Assembly (NCBI GenBank): GCA_903911145.1
Contig: CAIWCD010000014.1
Coordinates: 1 to 64,000, forward strand
Direction of reading: 5' to 3'
Source of the DNA: an uncultured delta proteobacterium
Lineage (GTDB): Bacteria; Myxococcota; Myxococcia; Myxococcales; 40CM-4-68-19
Length of the DNA stretch: 64,000 nt
Of the stretch, positions 1 through 11,186 are shown piece by piece (the first letter of the stretch is position 1; each line of letters starts with the position of its first letter). Both the position numbers and the translations under genes were made by a program. The notes beneath the pieces were generated by a model. The model worked only from the letters and a program-made list of their open reading frames with translations, did not search any database and was not told where the DNA came from.

Positions 1-131
1 TGCCGACGGCGGCGTGGATCAATAAGCCCAAGCTAATCGACGAAACGAGCCCTTCCCTCGATAGCGCTCTTGCTCCCCAGGAGGTGTCTGCTCTCTAATT
101 GCGATCGACCGCTGTCTCATAATCGTTGACA
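1..131 (+). mobile_element. Right end of an IS3-family insertion sequence (transposase C-terminus 3..98 plus right terminal repeat)
   Basis: Frame 3 reads PTAAWINKPKLIDETSPSLDSALAPQEVSAL* (TAA 96-98); PTAAWINKP is a C-terminal motif I recognise from IS3-family transposases. It is followed by TGTCTCATAATCGTTGACA (113-131), ending in CA as IS3 ends do. Confidence 0.7.
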
Positions 132-132
132 G

Positions 133-645
133 GTTCCGCAGCCGCCGCCGCTACAGGGAGTGCCAGTCACCGCGCCGGTCGTTCCCTACGACCCGTGCGC
201 TGTTCTGCAGAGCCGACTGAGCGGCCAGCAGTTGGCCGCCTCGCTCAAGGTGCTCTTTCCCTCGGGCACAGCTCCCGCGCTCGCGCAGCCGGCAGTCGAT
301 GCATCGACGCGCGCCGATCAGCAAGAGGTCCGCGACACGATCCGGCAGCAGAAGATCGCGTCGCTCACTGCGCTCTGCGACGGCACGACGAGCGCCGATC
401 CCGACAAGTGCAACGCGGCGTCGAAGGCGGCCGAGCTGCTCACTGCCGCGCAGCTCGCAGAGCTCATCGATCGAATGGTCGATCTCAACCGCATCGAAGC
501 AGTCCAGCTCGCGATGCACGTCTCCGAGCAGTCGGCGCAGCAGCAGCGCGACGACGACCGCCGAAAGCTCCTCCTCGACGCCGCTGGCCAGGTCGCGCCT
601 GCGCCGCTCCAGCTGCGCGCCCCTGGCTTCACCTTCACGGAGTAA
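133..645 (+). pseudogene. 3' part of an IS-interrupted gene, VirB5/TrbJ-like by position and helical Gln/Ala-rich sequence
   Basis: Frame is open from the IS end to TAA at 643-645; the first upstream in-frame stop (TGA 127-129) lies inside the IS repeat. No signal peptide. Lies directly upstream of the VirB6-like gene. Confidence 0.5.
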
Positions 646-650
646 TCGCG

Positions 651-1598
651 ATGACCTCGACAAATCTGCCAGCACAGCTCGTCGATCTAAGCAGCGGCGC
701 ACCCGCGCAGCTCGTCGCGATCACGCTCTCGATGGCGTGGAAATACTTTTTCTTCCTCGCGCTCGTCTCGTTCATCGTCGAGGCCTTCGGCAAGAGCCCG
801 ACCGAGCCGCGCGACTACGCTGCCTGCACATGGCGCGCGGTGATCGTGATGGTGCTGCTCGCGAGCTACCAGCAGCTCTTCGGCAGCCTGGTGAACTTCG
901 CGGCGCAGCTCGCCGCTGATGTCGCGCCAGCGCCGATCGCGAATCAGCTCGGCGGCAGCCTCGTCTCGAGCGCGCAGAGTTTCTGGAGCGTGGCCTCGGC
1001 CGGCGTGGGCGCGACTACTGCGACGTCGATCTCGAGTGCCGCGACGTCGTCACTTGTCGGCGACATGTTCTTCAAAGCGCTGATCGGCTTCGTCACTGTC
1101 CTCGGCCTCATCGCCAATCGCATCATCATGTGGCTCGCGGGAGTGCTGATCGCGCTCTGCTACGTGCTCGGCCCGCTCGCGCTCGTCTTCTCGATTCCGC
1201 GCGTCAGCTCGGTCGGCGTGAAGTGGTTCGAGCACTTCGTCTCGATATGCACCTGGCCGATCATCAGCGGCGTTCTCGTCTGTCTCGTCGGCGCGCTCGG
1301 TGTTCAGGTGTCCGGCGATGCAGGGCAGAGCCTCAACTCGCTCGCGATGTCGCTGGTGCTGCTCTGCACAGCGATCGCGACGCCGGTGCTCGCCGGGAAG
1401 TTCGTCGGCGGTGGGATGGCGCACGCGGTCTCGCACGGGTTCAGCACCGCGTCTGGTCTCGCTGGAGGCGTGAAGAGCCTCGCTGAAAAGGCCACGTCGA
1501 ATCGAGGCGACTCTCCTTCGCCGCATGGCGGAGGTGCAGGCCCGTCGAGCAATCAGGGCCCAACGAATGCGCCCGCTCCGGCGGGAGGTCTGCCGTGA
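651..1598 (+). CDS. VirB6/TrbL-like polytopic T4SS inner membrane protein
   Basis: ATG at 651 (MTSTNLPAQ). Several hydrophobic segments, a 'YVLGPLALVFSIP...KWF' TrbL-type motif, and a Gly/Ser-rich tail. Confidence 0.7.
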   Translation: MTSTNLPAQLVDLSSGAPAQLVAITLSMAWKYFFFLALVSFIVEAFGKSPTEPRDYAACTWRAVIVMVLLASYQQLFGSLVNFAAQLAADVAPAPIANQLGGSLVSSAQSFWSVASAGVGATTATSISSAATSSLVGDMFFKALIGFVTVLGLIANRIIMWLAGVLIALCYVLGPLALVFSIPRVSSVGVKWFEHFVSICTWPIISGVLVCLVGALGVQVSGDAGQSLNSLAMSLVLLCTAIATPVLAGKFVGGGMAHAVSHGFSTASGLAGGVKSLAEKATSNRGDSPSPHGGGAGPSSNQGPTNAPAPAGGLP

Positions 1599-2290
1599 AG
1601 AGCGCCAGCGTTCGCGCGCTCGGCCCTCCGGCGATCTGGACGGCGTTCGCGAAGCAGGCCGCGTGGAAGGATTGGGTGATCGTCGCGCTCTTCGCGCTCA
1701 ACGTGCTCCTCGTGATCGCGGGCGTGCATATCGCGCGTCGCGATCCCGACATCGTGCTCGTCGCCGCTGACGGGAAGAGCACGTTCGTGCCGAGGCAGAT
1801 CGCTGGTGACGCGCTCGAGAGATTCCTCTCTGAGCAGCGCCAGCAGCCCTCGGACGTTACAGTTGTGCACTTCACGCAGGAATTCCTGCGACTCGCCTTC
1901 GCGATCAACTCCAGCACGATTGAAGCGGCCTGGGCAGACGCTCTCGCTCTGATGGGAGACGATTTGCGTGGAAGGTACGCCGCCGAAGCTGCAGGGCAGA
2001 AGTTCGTCGAAATCTACAAGCTCGCGCGAGTGAGGACGTCGCTCACCGTCGAGGAGCTGCAGCTCGTCGATCGCACCAGCACGCTCTTGCACGTCCGCGC
2101 GGTCGTCGCGCGCAGCAAGGCGAGCCTCATTTCCGATGAGGCCGCGCTCTTCGACGATCGCCTCGCCATTGAGCTGGTCGAGCGCGTCGTGCCTCGGTCG
2201 ATGAGTCGTCCCGATGGTCTCGAGGTCGTCGGTCTCAACGTCTCTGTCGTCAAGACCGGTGCTGCTGCACCTGCCAGGAGCACTCCATGA
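1595..2290 (+). CDS. VirB8/TraE-like T4SS protein
   Basis: 231 aa with a single N-terminal TM followed by an alpha/beta domain ending in 'RPDGLEVVG' (VirB8-type NPxGL-like). GTGA overlap with the upstream gene. Confidence 0.6.
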   Translation: MKSASVRALGPPAIWTAFAKQAAWKDWVIVALFALNVLLVIAGVHIARRDPDIVLVAADGKSTFVPRQIAGDALERFLSEQRQQPSDVTVVHFTQEFLRLAFAINSSTIEAAWADALALMGDDLRGRYAAEAAGQKFVEIYKLARVRTSLTVEELQLVDRTSTLLHVRAVVARSKASLISDEAALFDDRLAIELVERVVPRSMSRPDGLEVVGLNVSVVKTGAAAPARSTP

Positions 2291-3216
2291 TTCGCATCGC
2301 GATCACCGCTCTTCTCGTCTCCTTCGCAGCGCGCGCCGCCCCGGCTTCGTCAAAGCTTGCGCTCCCAGAGAGCAAAGAGCGGCAGCCGGCCAATCGAACG
2401 CTCACGCTCACCGACGAGAATCGCGACTTCGTCCCCGAGCTGCACGTCGCGCCGGGTGTGCCGACGACGCTCATCTTCTCGATGAACGTCGACAAGAACG
2501 GCACGCGCCTCGCCGATGCGAACGGCGTTCTCTATCCGCTGCTCGTGCAGGCGAACACGGCGATCGTCACGCCGAAGGTCGAGCTGCCCGCGAGCGCGGC
2601 GGTGCCGCTGAGCGTGGCGCTCACCGACGGAACGCTGCTCTCGTTCGTGCTGCGGCCCGCGACGACGCAGATCGATTTCCAGGTCACGGTCGAGGCGCGC
2701 TTCACGCGCAACGCCGCGCCCGAGTCGGTCGATACGCTCAAGCAGCAGATCGCGCAGCTCCAGTCGCGCATCGACGAGATGCAATCCAACTCGAGCCACA
2801 CGGCCGTCGCGCACGTCGCGAACCTCGTGCTCACGCAGGAGCCGGGCAGCGCCTCCGCGCGGACGTTCGAGGCCCACCGCGTTCACTCTCGCGACAAGCA
2901 GTCGCGATTACTTGTCGAAGCCAACTATGTCTATCGGCTCTTCTCGAAGTCCTATCTCCTGCTCTCCGTCGAGAACCGCGACCCGTCGCGCGCCTGGGTA
3001 TTCGACCGCGCGGAGGTGCATCTCAAGAGCGGCAGCGAAGACGTCAGCGTTCCCGTTGAACACGCCGAGACGGACGTCCGGAGCCTCCCGCCCGAGGAGA
3101 CCGCGAAGCTCGTCGTCGTCTTCGATACCCCTTCGCAGAGCAGCGGGCAGGCGTTGCAGATCTCTCTGTTCGAGAAGGGCGGCGCTCGCCAGGTCACCTT
3201 GGATATCGAGCCGTGA
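2287..3216 (+). CDS. DUF2381 family secreted protein (myxobacterial; VirB9/TraK-like)
   Basis: Signal peptide, 'PELHVAPGVPTTLIF', 'VPLSVALTDG', a central coiled coil and a C-terminal beta domain. ATGA overlap; sits between VirB8-like and VirB10-like genes. Confidence 0.7.
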   Translation: MIRIAITALLVSFAARAAPASSKLALPESKERQPANRTLTLTDENRDFVPELHVAPGVPTTLIFSMNVDKNGTRLADANGVLYPLLVQANTAIVTPKVELPASAAVPLSVALTDGTLLSFVLRPATTQIDFQVTVEARFTRNAAPESVDTLKQQIAQLQSRIDEMQSNSSHTAVAHVANLVLTQEPGSASARTFEAHRVHSRDKQSRLLVEANYVYRLFSKSYLLLSVENRDPSRAWVFDRAEVHLKSGSEDVSVPVEHAETDVRSLPPEETAKLVVVFDTPSQSSGQALQISLFEKGGARQVTLDIEP

Positions 3217-3262
3217 GCGCCCGCGCGAAGGCAGCCGATGCGGCGACGCGAGGCGCGAACTA

Positions 3263-5521
3263 ATGGACGCGTCCCTCGGCCCCGAGTTGCCGGTCGGCAC
3301 GAAGATCGGCTTCTACGAAGTGCTCCCGATCTCGACGAGCGCCGACGGCAAGAAGATCCGCACCTGCCTCGGCTATGGCGGCTTCGGCTCGCTCTACAAA
3401 GTGAGCCGCGGCTCGAAGGTCTACGCGCTCAAGCTCGCGCACCGAGCGCTCCGCGACTTCTCGCCAGCGGAGCGGAAGTGGAACGAGGAGCGCGGCGATC
3501 GCGAGGTCGGCGCGCTCAAGCTCCTGCGCCATCCGAACATCGTGCGCGTTCACGGCTTCGACATGTGGCCGGACGAGGAGGGCAGGGCGTTCATCGTCAT
3601 GGATCTCGTCGAGGGCAATCACCTCGACGTCTGGCGCGCGACGCAGTCGCCGAGTCTGAAGCGCATCTGCGAAGTGTTCATCGCCATCGGCCGCGCGCTC
3701 GGTGCGGCGCATCGGCAGCAGGTGTTCCACCGCGATCTCAAGTGCGAGAACGTCCTCGTCCGCACCGCCGATGGGCAGCCGATCATCGTCGATTGGGGCA
3801 TCGCGCGCCCGCGCAACGCCCGCACGGTCACGGCCGTCGGCGGCTGGCTGGGCACCTGCACGCACTTCTCGCCCGAGTATTGCCGCTACGCTGTCGGTGA
3901 CTTTCCCGACGACTCGCCCGAGTCGCAGCGATTCTCGGTGACGCCGCAGAGCGAGCTCCACGCGGTCGGCTTCATGCTCTTCCAGTTGCTCACTGACGAG
4001 AGTCCGTTCCCGTCCGATGAAGACGACTTCGCGACAATGCGGTCGATCATCAATCACCAGCCGGTCGCTCCCTCGACTCGGAATCCGAACGTCCCGAAAG
4101 CGCTCGACGCGATCGTGCTCAAGCTGCTCGCGAAGGCGCCGGGCGAGCGCTACGAGAGCGGCGATCAGTTCGCAGACGCGCTCGAAGCGCTCCTCGTCAA
4201 TGCCGACAAGAAGTGGACCGAGCCGTTCGATCTTCCACTCGTCGCTCCATTGATGAGCGTGAAGGACACGCCGCCGGCGTTACCCGCGAAGCCCGCTGTT
4301 GCTGCGACCGTTCCGGAAGGTCCACGCGCCGCACCCGCAGTGGCGGCGAACGTCGGCCGAGTCTTGATGCCGACCGACGCGAAGGCCGCGCAGCACGTCT
4401 CGGTTCACTCTGTGGAGATCATCGGCGAGGTCGGCTCGGAAGCGCCAACGCAGCCGCCGAAGCGGCTCAAGTTCGACGCAGCCCAAGCGCAGGTCCTCGC
4501 GGCGAAGGGGCCGAGGCGCATGCCGTCGGGCCCCGTCCTGGTGGCGGCGATTGTCGCGCTCTCGCTGGGCGCGTTTGTCCTGATCGCGAAGCTCAGCGCG
4601 CCCGCCAAGAAGCCCGAGAGTCTCCTCGCGAGAGTTCAGGCAGAGGAGAATCTTCCGATAGCGTCCGCGACGACGAGTGCGGCGCTTGACCAGAAACTCA
4701 ACCTCTTCCCTCCGGCCCCGGGCGTTGCAGCAGGCGCTGGCGCGAAGCCGGTGGTTGCAGAGCCGCCGCAGAAGGCGACAACAAAGCCAAGCGTAGCGAG
4801 CGACCACTCGAACGTGGATGAGCGCGCAATCGATCAGGAGATCGCCGCGAAGTACGGCCGCCCGCAGGTCGTTGCGACGACAGCAGCGAAGCCGGATGCA
4901 GCGGTACCCTCCGCGACGACGACTCCAGAGGACGACACTCCCGCCTGGCTGCGCCCGGTCGGAGAGCCGAAGTCGCTGGCAGATGCAGGCCCGAAGCTCT
5001 ACGGCGTACCGACCGGCGTGCTCGTGCGCGCTCGACTGCAGAACAACCTCGACAGCCGCACCGTCGCGGATGGCCCCGCGACAGCGAAGCTCGTCCGCCC
5101 ATTTGTCGTCGACGGAAAGTTCATCTTCCCCTCGGGCACGCTCCTGTTCGGTCAAGCCGCCGTCTCCGGCGCGCGCTTCACGATCCACTTCAATCGCCTC
5201 CGCCTCCCGGACCGCACCGAAGTGCCGTTCGAGGGGCTCGCCTACAGCGTCACCGAGCACCAGCCTGGTCTCGCGGCATCTCGCTCGGCGCAGCCCACCG
5301 CACAGCAATCGTCGACCGCGGGAAAGGTCGCCAAGGGCGCGGCCAACACGCTCCTCTCGGCAGCCGCGGCAGCGATGACTGGCAACGTCGCCACCACCGT
5401 CGCAAGCGAGGCGGGGCGCACGGCCCTCGGCGACCAATCAGACGCTCCATCCTCCTCGCAGACGACGTTGATGCTCGACGAGGGGGCCGATCTTGACGTG
5501 TTCATCGTCAAGGCATTCTGA
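3263..5521 (+). CDS. Ser/Thr protein kinase - TM - TrbI/VirB10-like fusion
   Basis: Kinase motifs GYGGFG, YALK, HPNIV, HRDLKCEN, DWG, SPE; TM 'VLVAAIVALSLGAFVLIA'; Pro/Ala linker; C-terminal 'VPTGVLVRARLQNNLDS...FPSGTLLFG...IHFNRLRLPD...LDEGADLDVFI' typical of VirB10/TraM. Start set at ATG 3263. Confidence 0.8.
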   Translation: MDASLGPELPVGTKIGFYEVLPISTSADGKKIRTCLGYGGFGSLYKVSRGSKVYALKLAHRALRDFSPAERKWNEERGDREVGALKLLRHPNIVRVHGFDMWPDEEGRAFIVMDLVEGNHLDVWRATQSPSLKRICEVFIAIGRALGAAHRQQVFHRDLKCENVLVRTADGQPIIVDWGIARPRNARTVTAVGGWLGTCTHFSPEYCRYAVGDFPDDSPESQRFSVTPQSELHAVGFMLFQLLTDESPFPSDEDDFATMRSIINHQPVAPSTRNPNVPKALDAIVLKLLAKAPGERYESGDQFADALEALLVNADKKWTEPFDLPLVAPLMSVKDTPPALPAKPAVAATVPEGPRAAPAVAANVGRVLMPTDAKAAQHVSVHSVEIIGEVGSEAPTQPPKRLKFDAAQAQVLAAKGPRRMPSGPVLVAAIVALSLGAFVLIAKLSAPAKKPESLLARVQAEENLPIASATTSAALDQKLNLFPPAPGVAAGAGAKPVVAEPPQKATTKPSVASDHSNVDERAIDQEIAAKYGRPQVVATTAAKPDAAVPSATTTPEDDTPAWLRPVGEPKSLADAGPKLYGVPTGVLVRARLQNNLDSRTVADGPATAKLVRPFVVDGKFIFPSGTLLFGQAAVSGARFTIHFNRLRLPDRTEVPFEGLAYSVTEHQPGLAASRSAQPTAQQSSTAGKVAKGAANTLLSAAAAAMTGNVATTVASEAGRTALGDQSDAPSSSQTTLMLDEGADLDVFIVKAF

Positions 5522-5591
5522 CTTCGTGTAGCTATTTTATAGGATGTCGTTATAGATGCGCGTATCGGCGCATATGCGTCGCGAGGTTTTC

Positions 5592-8500
5592 ATGTCCCGT
5601 TTGCTCTTGGTTGTGACAGTTGGAGCGGTCCTTTCGTGTGGCGGCGGCCATCTCGCCGGCCAGCAGCCTGCAGATGGAGGCCAGAGCCGCGCGTCGACGT
5701 CGTTCGTGGCCTGGCCCGTCGTGAGCGGCACTGTCACGGCCTACTCCGTCGACAGCACCGCCACGCGAACGACCGTGCTTGCGACTGCGACGACCGACGT
5801 GAACGGCGGCTTCTATCTCCAGCTCGCCGCGCCAAGCACCGGGCCGGTGCTCCTCGTCGTCTCGAGCGGTAGCTACACCGAGCCCGCGACGGGAACCGCG
5901 ATCAGCCTCCAGGGCAGCGAGCTCACGACGCTCCTGCCGAGCGCAGTGCATGTCGCGGGTGACTCGCTCGATGGCGTCCTGATCTCGCCCGTCTCGCATC
6001 TGACCGCGCGGCTCGCCACTTGGTACGTCGCCAGCGCCCACCTCTCTGTCGACGCTGCGCTAACGCAGGCCGCGCGGCTGCTCGAGTCGCATTTCGGCGC
6101 GGTTTCTTGGCGCACGTTCGGCGTTCCGCCAGATCTCACTGCCGCAAGTTCGAGCGGCCTCGTGCAAGTGAACGACCTCGCGAAAGGCGCACTCATTCTC
6201 GCCGGCCTCTCGCAGGAGGCGCGCAATCTGGCCGTCGCGAAGGGCCTATCGCCTGGTGGGCCGATCAACTCGCTCACGCTGCTGAGCGCGCTCGGCGAGG
6301 ATCTCTCCGCAGACGGTTTCTTCGACGGAATGGGCGCAGGCGGCCAACGCATCCAGGTGCCAGCGGGTCTAAACGGATATCTGCTCGATGGTCAGACCGT
6401 GCGCGCCTCGCTCGCGCAGGGCATCACGACGTTCCTGACGAACCCGCGCAACGTGAGCCAGATTGCAGCGGCAGACGCACAGGGCCTCGTCACGGAGATC
6501 GGCACCGACAGCAACACGCAGCTCTTCCGTAACGGCTCGGGCAACGTCGATCTCGTTCCTCCCTCGATTCAGTTCGTGCAGCCGGGGAGCAACGCGTCGG
6601 TGCACGGCTCCGTCACCGTCGAGGCGGTCGCGACCGACAACGTCGCGATGGGCAGCTTCAGCTTCACGGCCCCCGTATCGCTCATCGGCGTGCAATCGAG
6701 CACTGAGAACAACGGCGCTTCGATGCATCTCCTTGCGACGCTCGATGTGAGCGCGCTCCCAGACGGACCGCTGACGATCAGCGCACAGGCGACCGATACG
6801 TCGTCGAACACGGCGGCCCAGAGCCTCCTCGTGCACGTCGCGAATCACGGGCCCGTCATCACGGTTACGAGCCCGAACGCGGGCGCGGTCGCGAAGGGCA
6901 CGGTCACAATCTCCGCGAGCGCTGCTTCGCAGACGGGATCGGCCATCACCATTCTCGAAATCAAGGGAACGCTTCCGGGCGCAGGCGCAGATCAGTTGCC
7001 CGCGGCCGAGCAGCTCCAGGTCTCGTGGGACACGACGCAGATGCTCGAGGGTCCGGGCCAGCTCACGCTGCATGCCGAGGATGCCAGCGGTGCCGCGAGC
7101 GATCTGATCGTCAATGTCACCGTCGACAACGTGCCGTTCGGAATCTTCGATGCCTATGTCAGCGCGGGCGCGCCGATCGCTGGTGCCAACGTGAAGGTGA
7201 TTGCGGTCGATCTATCGACTGGACTGATCAACCCCACGGTAGGCGTGAACGGGGTGATGGGCGCGGGCGGCCCCACCGATCAGAGCGGCTTCTATCGACT
7301 GACGCTCAACACCGAGAACTATCGCGGCCCGGTTCAGGTCATCGCGTCTGGCACGAACCTGACTTACGTCGACCCCTCGGATGGGACGACGATCATTTCC
7401 ATTCCCAACTCGGCTGCGCTGACGTCGCTGCTAGGCGATTACACGACCGGCCAGGAGGTCGCGCTCCCCCTCGATCTCTGGACCTCGCTCGCCGACGCAG
7501 AGGCGATTGCATACACGCAGGGCCTCAATCGCGGATTTCCTGTCGCTCACGATCTCACCGACGCGCTCGCGTTCGGGGATCCTCTCTTCACGAGCCACAT
7601 CACGTCGAGTCTCTGGAACATCCGCACGACGCTGCCGACGTCGCTCACGACCGCGCAGCAGACGCTCGCCGACGTCGTCTATGCCGCGGTGCCGGATATC
7701 GCCCTGAACCGCCTCGCGCGAGACCTCGCGAAGAAGGGAAACCTCGATCCGGGCAGCGTCTCCGCGTTCGACCTGCTCGCATTGCTCCAGAAGGATCTTG
7801 CCGCCGACGGGCAGTTCGATGGCCAGGGTGCGGCTGGTACGCAGCTTCAAACGGTCGGTCATCCCGCTCAGTCGCTCGATGCCAATACGCTGCGATTCTA
7901 TCTCGCGTACGCGCTCGACGAGTTCGTGCAAGGCCCGACCAACAAGACGACTCTTGGCCGCCCCGATTTCCAGAACGCGGGCATCTACGACACGATCTCG
8001 AACGACACGAGCGCTCTCTTCGGCGCGGAGACGCCGCTCGCCTTCGACGACACGCCGCCTACGGTTTCCTTCACTGCAACGTTTCAACCCACCGCCGGAG
8101 GATCTGCGCAAGCGCCTGTTGGCGCGAACAACCTGGTGAGCGGAACGCTCGCGCTCACCGTGTCTGCATCCGATCCCTCCGGTGTCGCGTCGCTTTCGCT
8201 CTCGCAGAATGGAATCGCGATCACGCCAGCGCTGGGCAGTTCGCTTCCCACCAAGATTGTCTACTCGATCGATACGACCACGCTGGTCGATGGTGCGTTG
8301 ACGTTCATTGCAGCCTCAGCCGATACCTTCGTGAATAGCGGTCACACGACGTTCACGGTCATTGTCGCGAATGCGCCGCCGAGTATCTCGTTCGCGCCGG
8401 CCCAGAGCGGCCAGGCCGGGAACTTCGTCGCGAATGGCTACTACGCGAGCTCAGTCCCGGTCGATGCGTCCGCAATTGATCCCAACGGCATCGCGTCATT

Positions 8501-10430
8501 CACGATGTCCGGACTGGCCGGCTTCAACGATCTCGACGGCACGATTAGCCGTATCGCCGGAACATGGGCGGTTCCGGAAGGGCTGTCGGATGGTCCCGTC
8601 TCTGTCTCGTTCGCGACGTGCAACGTCGTGTTCGTCTGCAACTCGACCACGCGTTTGTTCTACGTCGATCGAACACCGCCGACGGTGAGCCTCGTGTCGG
8701 CGCCTCCCCAATACACGGCGATCGCGGCCCTCATTCTACAAGTCAGTGCTGCGGATACTGGATCTGGCGTCGCCGCTGTGTACGCACAAAACGGAAATGG
8801 AACCGTGGTGTCAGCAACAGCTAGCAGCAACGGCGCATACGCGCTGAGCGTCGGTCTCAATAGCGGCACCAATCTCATCGCCATCTGGGCAGCCGATAAC
8901 GTCGGGAACTCCGGACAAGGGAAAGCCAGTCCTGAGCAAGCCTCCGTTTCAATCATTCTGGATGTGGCTGGTCCGTCAGTAGGGTCTCCGGACATCACGG
9001 TATCAAAATACTACGACGAGACGGGCATCGCTCTGCAGATGGCCGACGCGGGTGTTCCAATCATGCCCGCGCAGTATTCATACGCCGGTGGTTTCATTTC
9101 TGCTCCGAGCGGCACGATTCACAAGGTGTCAACGCGGTTGGGATGGGGCGAACAGGGTTTGAGCCAACCCGCAGTCTCGGAGTTGACCGGTGCAAACCCG
9201 AACAACTATCCATTCTACTATCTGAACATCTCCGCACTGAGCGGGGTAGCGTCTGCCTCTTTCTCCGTGACGATTGCTCAGACGAACGCAACTTCATCTG
9301 GAACTCTCTGGCCGGTCGACGCAACGCACTTCGTCCTTCCTCTGACCTCGGACACCATCCCAGGTCTGTTGTCGCTGCCTGCTTCGCTGACCCCCTACAC
9401 ACTGCAAATCTCGATTACCGCAACGTCTGGATCGGGCGTTACGCCGGCGGCCGTCAACTTCACGCAGAGCTTTACCGTCTTGGGGGCACCGCTTGCGTGG
9501 GCGGAGGACGCCGCGATCAAGTCAAGCAGCTTTGATGGCTCGAGCACCTACCAGCACCCGCTGAGCGATGGCGCATACTCGTCAATGTTTCCAGAAGCGA
9601 CTTCGGTAAAGCTGATCCGTTACGTCCTGCGAAACCCCGCGCTTGTCCCAGTGGCATTCCGGGTTTCGGGAAGTGGCTCGTGGGCCGCGAATGAAACCTG
9701 GGCGGACGGTGTTGCTCCGCTCCCGACGAATCTTGGATTCAATAGCTACACAGCTCCAGATGGGAGCACGCTTTCCAATCCGCTTACCGTAGACGGTTTT
9801 GGAGGTGCCCAGTCGTGCGGATATGGAATGACCTATTCCTGCACATCGCAGCAGTATGCGCTGCACAGTCCGGCCACCGATCCGAGGACGCTGTTTGTCT
9901 GCGGCTCTCGTCCCGTGCCGACCTCGGCCTTGCTCGCGGCCGAGAACGACGCGACGTCCGTCATTTCATTTCCGGCCTTCGGGAACCCACAGGTCAATGG
10001 CGGAGAGACCGCAGCACCGAGCCTGACAGGTGACGGCTACTACGTCGTCCCGCAAGCGGCCAATGGCCAACCGGGCTCGGTAGTCGTTTATGTGGCTCGA
10101 CCGGGCGCAGTCACACGTCAGACGCAGCTCGATTACCAAGATATCCATTCCAATACGGGCAACTCTCCCCGATTTGAACAATGGCTTGCTGATCTCTGGC
10201 CCACGAAAACGGGTAGTAGCATCTGCGGTCCCGACTCTCAGGGTAATTCCTACCCGTACTACGAGTACGCGACGCAGCGAGAAGTGAAATACCTCTCTGC
10301 TGCTGAAGATATCGTCTTCGGCTCTGTCTCGTTCACAACCGCAGGACTCAACGCCGGTGCAACGAGCAGCATCGGAACCACCACCGTGATTGCCAGCGGA
10401 ATCAATTTCACCCGCAGTATCTCGCATTAA
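5592..10430 (+). CDS. Giant Ig-like (Big) repeat surface lipoprotein
   Basis: Lipobox VLSC after GAGG RBS. Repeated 'D..PP.V...P...V.G.V.V.A.ATD..G' Ig-like units, and two copies of a ~300-aa domain (both contain 'L..DL.ADG.FDG.GA.G'). Confidence 0.8.
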   Translation: MSRLLLVVTVGAVLSCGGGHLAGQQPADGGQSRASTSFVAWPVVSGTVTAYSVDSTATRTTVLATATTDVNGGFYLQLAAPSTGPVLLVVSSGSYTEPATGTAISLQGSELTTLLPSAVHVAGDSLDGVLISPVSHLTARLATWYVASAHLSVDAALTQAARLLESHFGAVSWRTFGVPPDLTAASSSGLVQVNDLAKGALILAGLSQEARNLAVAKGLSPGGPINSLTLLSALGEDLSADGFFDGMGAGGQRIQVPAGLNGYLLDGQTVRASLAQGITTFLTNPRNVSQIAAADAQGLVTEIGTDSNTQLFRNGSGNVDLVPPSIQFVQPGSNASVHGSVTVEAVATDNVAMGSFSFTAPVSLIGVQSSTENNGASMHLLATLDVSALPDGPLTISAQATDTSSNTAAQSLLVHVANHGPVITVTSPNAGAVAKGTVTISASAASQTGSAITILEIKGTLPGAGADQLPAAEQLQVSWDTTQMLEGPGQLTLHAEDASGAASDLIVNVTVDNVPFGIFDAYVSAGAPIAGANVKVIAVDLSTGLINPTVGVNGVMGAGGPTDQSGFYRLTLNTENYRGPVQVIASGTNLTYVDPSDGTTIISIPNSAALTSLLGDYTTGQEVALPLDLWTSLADAEAIAYTQGLNRGFPVAHDLTDALAFGDPLFTSHITSSLWNIRTTLPTSLTTAQQTLADVVYAAVPDIALNRLARDLAKKGNLDPGSVSAFDLLALLQKDLAADGQFDGQGAAGTQLQTVGHPAQSLDANTLRFYLAYALDEFVQGPTNKTTLGRPDFQNAGIYDTISNDTSALFGAETPLAFDDTPPTVSFTATFQPTAGGSAQAPVGANNLVSGTLALTVSASDPSGVASLSLSQNGIAITPALGSSLPTKIVYSIDTTTLVDGALTFIAASADTFVNSGHTTFTVIVANAPPSISFAPAQSGQAGNFVANGYYASSVPVDASAIDPNGIASFTMSGLAGFNDLDGTISRIAGTWAVPEGLSDGPVSVSFATCNVVFVCNSTTRLFYVDRTPPTVSLVSAPPQYTAIAALILQVSAADTGSGVAAVYAQNGNGTVVSATASSNGAYALSVGLNSGTNLIAIWAADNVGNSGQGKASPEQASVSIILDVAGPSVGSPDITVSKYYDETGIALQMADAGVPIMPAQYSYAGGFISAPSGTIHKVSTRLGWGEQGLSQPAVSELTGANPNNYPFYYLNISALSGVASASFSVTIAQTNATSSGTLWPVDATHFVLPLTSDTIPGLLSLPASLTPYTLQISITATSGSGVTPAAVNFTQSFTVLGAPLAWAEDAAIKSSSFDGSSTYQHPLSDGAYSSMFPEATSVKLIRYVLRNPALVPVAFRVSGSGSWAANETWADGVAPLPTNLGFNSYTAPDGSTLSNPLTVDGFGGAQSCGYGMTYSCTSQQYALHSPATDPRTLFVCGSRPVPTSALLAAENDATSVISFPAFGNPQVNGGETAAPSLTGDGYYVVPQAANGQPGSVVVYVARPGAVTRQTQLDYQDIHSNTGNSPRFEQWLADLWPTKTGSSICGPDSQGNSYPYYEYATQREVKYLSAAEDIVFGSVSFTTAGLNAGATSSIGTTTVIASGINFTRSISH

Positions 10431-10441
10431 CCGGGAGCAAT

Positions 10442-10951
10442 ATGCGCGCGTTTGGAAGTCTGGTGGGCCTGCTCGCCTCGTCTGCACTCGCTTGCTCTGA
10501 GACGGGCCAGCAGGGCCAGCAAGGAGTGCAGGGTGAGCAGGGCCTTCAAGGCATACAGGGCATTCAAGGAATACAAGGGTCGACCGGGCCGCAGGGCGTG
10601 ATCGGACCGCAAGGAGATACGGGGCCGCAGGGGCCCCAAGGGATACAAGGTCTAGCGAACGGTGGAGTCTATTCGACTCGAACGCAAGTCTATTGCCGCG
10701 AAACGGTTGGCTACACCACTGACGCGGGCAATCCCTTGCTGATCGCCCTTTGCGATGATTCCCACGACCTTCCGCTTTCTGGTTCGTGCGACGGCGTGTC
10801 GGATCCTTCGATTTCGACTCCCTTTAATCAGCCCGCGGCCGACTGGGCGGGAATCACGACTGCCGGCTGGGTCTGCGGGTGGCAGTTCTCGGGAGCCGAA
10901 AAGGACCTGCCCAATGCGGCAGCACATATCTGCTGCGTCAAGAATCACTGA
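10442..10951 (+). CDS. Collagen-like (Gly-X-Y) lipoprotein with Cys-rich C-terminal domain
   Basis: Lipobox ALAC; run of GQQ/GVQ/GIQ/GPQ triplets; C-terminal domain with 6 Cys; GGGAG RBS. Confidence 0.8.
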   Translation: MRAFGSLVGLLASSALACSETGQQGQQGVQGEQGLQGIQGIQGIQGSTGPQGVIGPQGDTGPQGPQGIQGLANGGVYSTRTQVYCRETVGYTTDAGNPLLIALCDDSHDLPLSGSCDGVSDPSISTPFNQPAADWAGITTAGWVCGWQFSGAEKDLPNAAAHICCVKNH

Positions 10952-10969
10952 ACTGGCGAAGGAGTTCCC

Positions 10970-11176
10970 ATGGCCGCGTTCCTCTTTGCATCGATCGGCT
11001 TTCGCATACTGCGACGCACCTGGCTCTACGCGCTGCTCGCGATCGCGAGCTACCAACTCGGTGCCGACTCAACAGCGCGGCCTCATGCGAACGCGCTCCG
11101 CAGCTCAGTTTTGATGCCGTCGCATACTCCCTCGCGGGGCTATATCAACGCGCCCGGCTTTCATTTCAATTACTGA
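10970..11176 (+). CDS. Small hypothetical membrane protein
   Basis: AAGGAG RBS; hydrophobic N-terminal half; fills the gap between co-oriented genes. Confidence 0.45.
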   Translation: MAAFLFASIGFRILRRTWLYALLAIASYQLGADSTARPHANALRSSVLMPSHTPSRGYINAPGFHFNY

Positions 11177-11186
11177 GACAATTTGA

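Noticed and set aside
126..650. N-terminal extension of the 490-aa ORF
   Set aside because: Arg-rich shadow frame over the VirB5-like ORF; the membrane protein begins at ATG 651.
2912..3262. N-terminal extension of the kinase ORF
   Set aside because: Overlaps DUF2381 in another frame with non-protein-like composition.
11170..11180. TGAGACA resembling the IS3 terminal repeat
   Set aside because: Only 7 nt, with no transposase or full repeat nearby.
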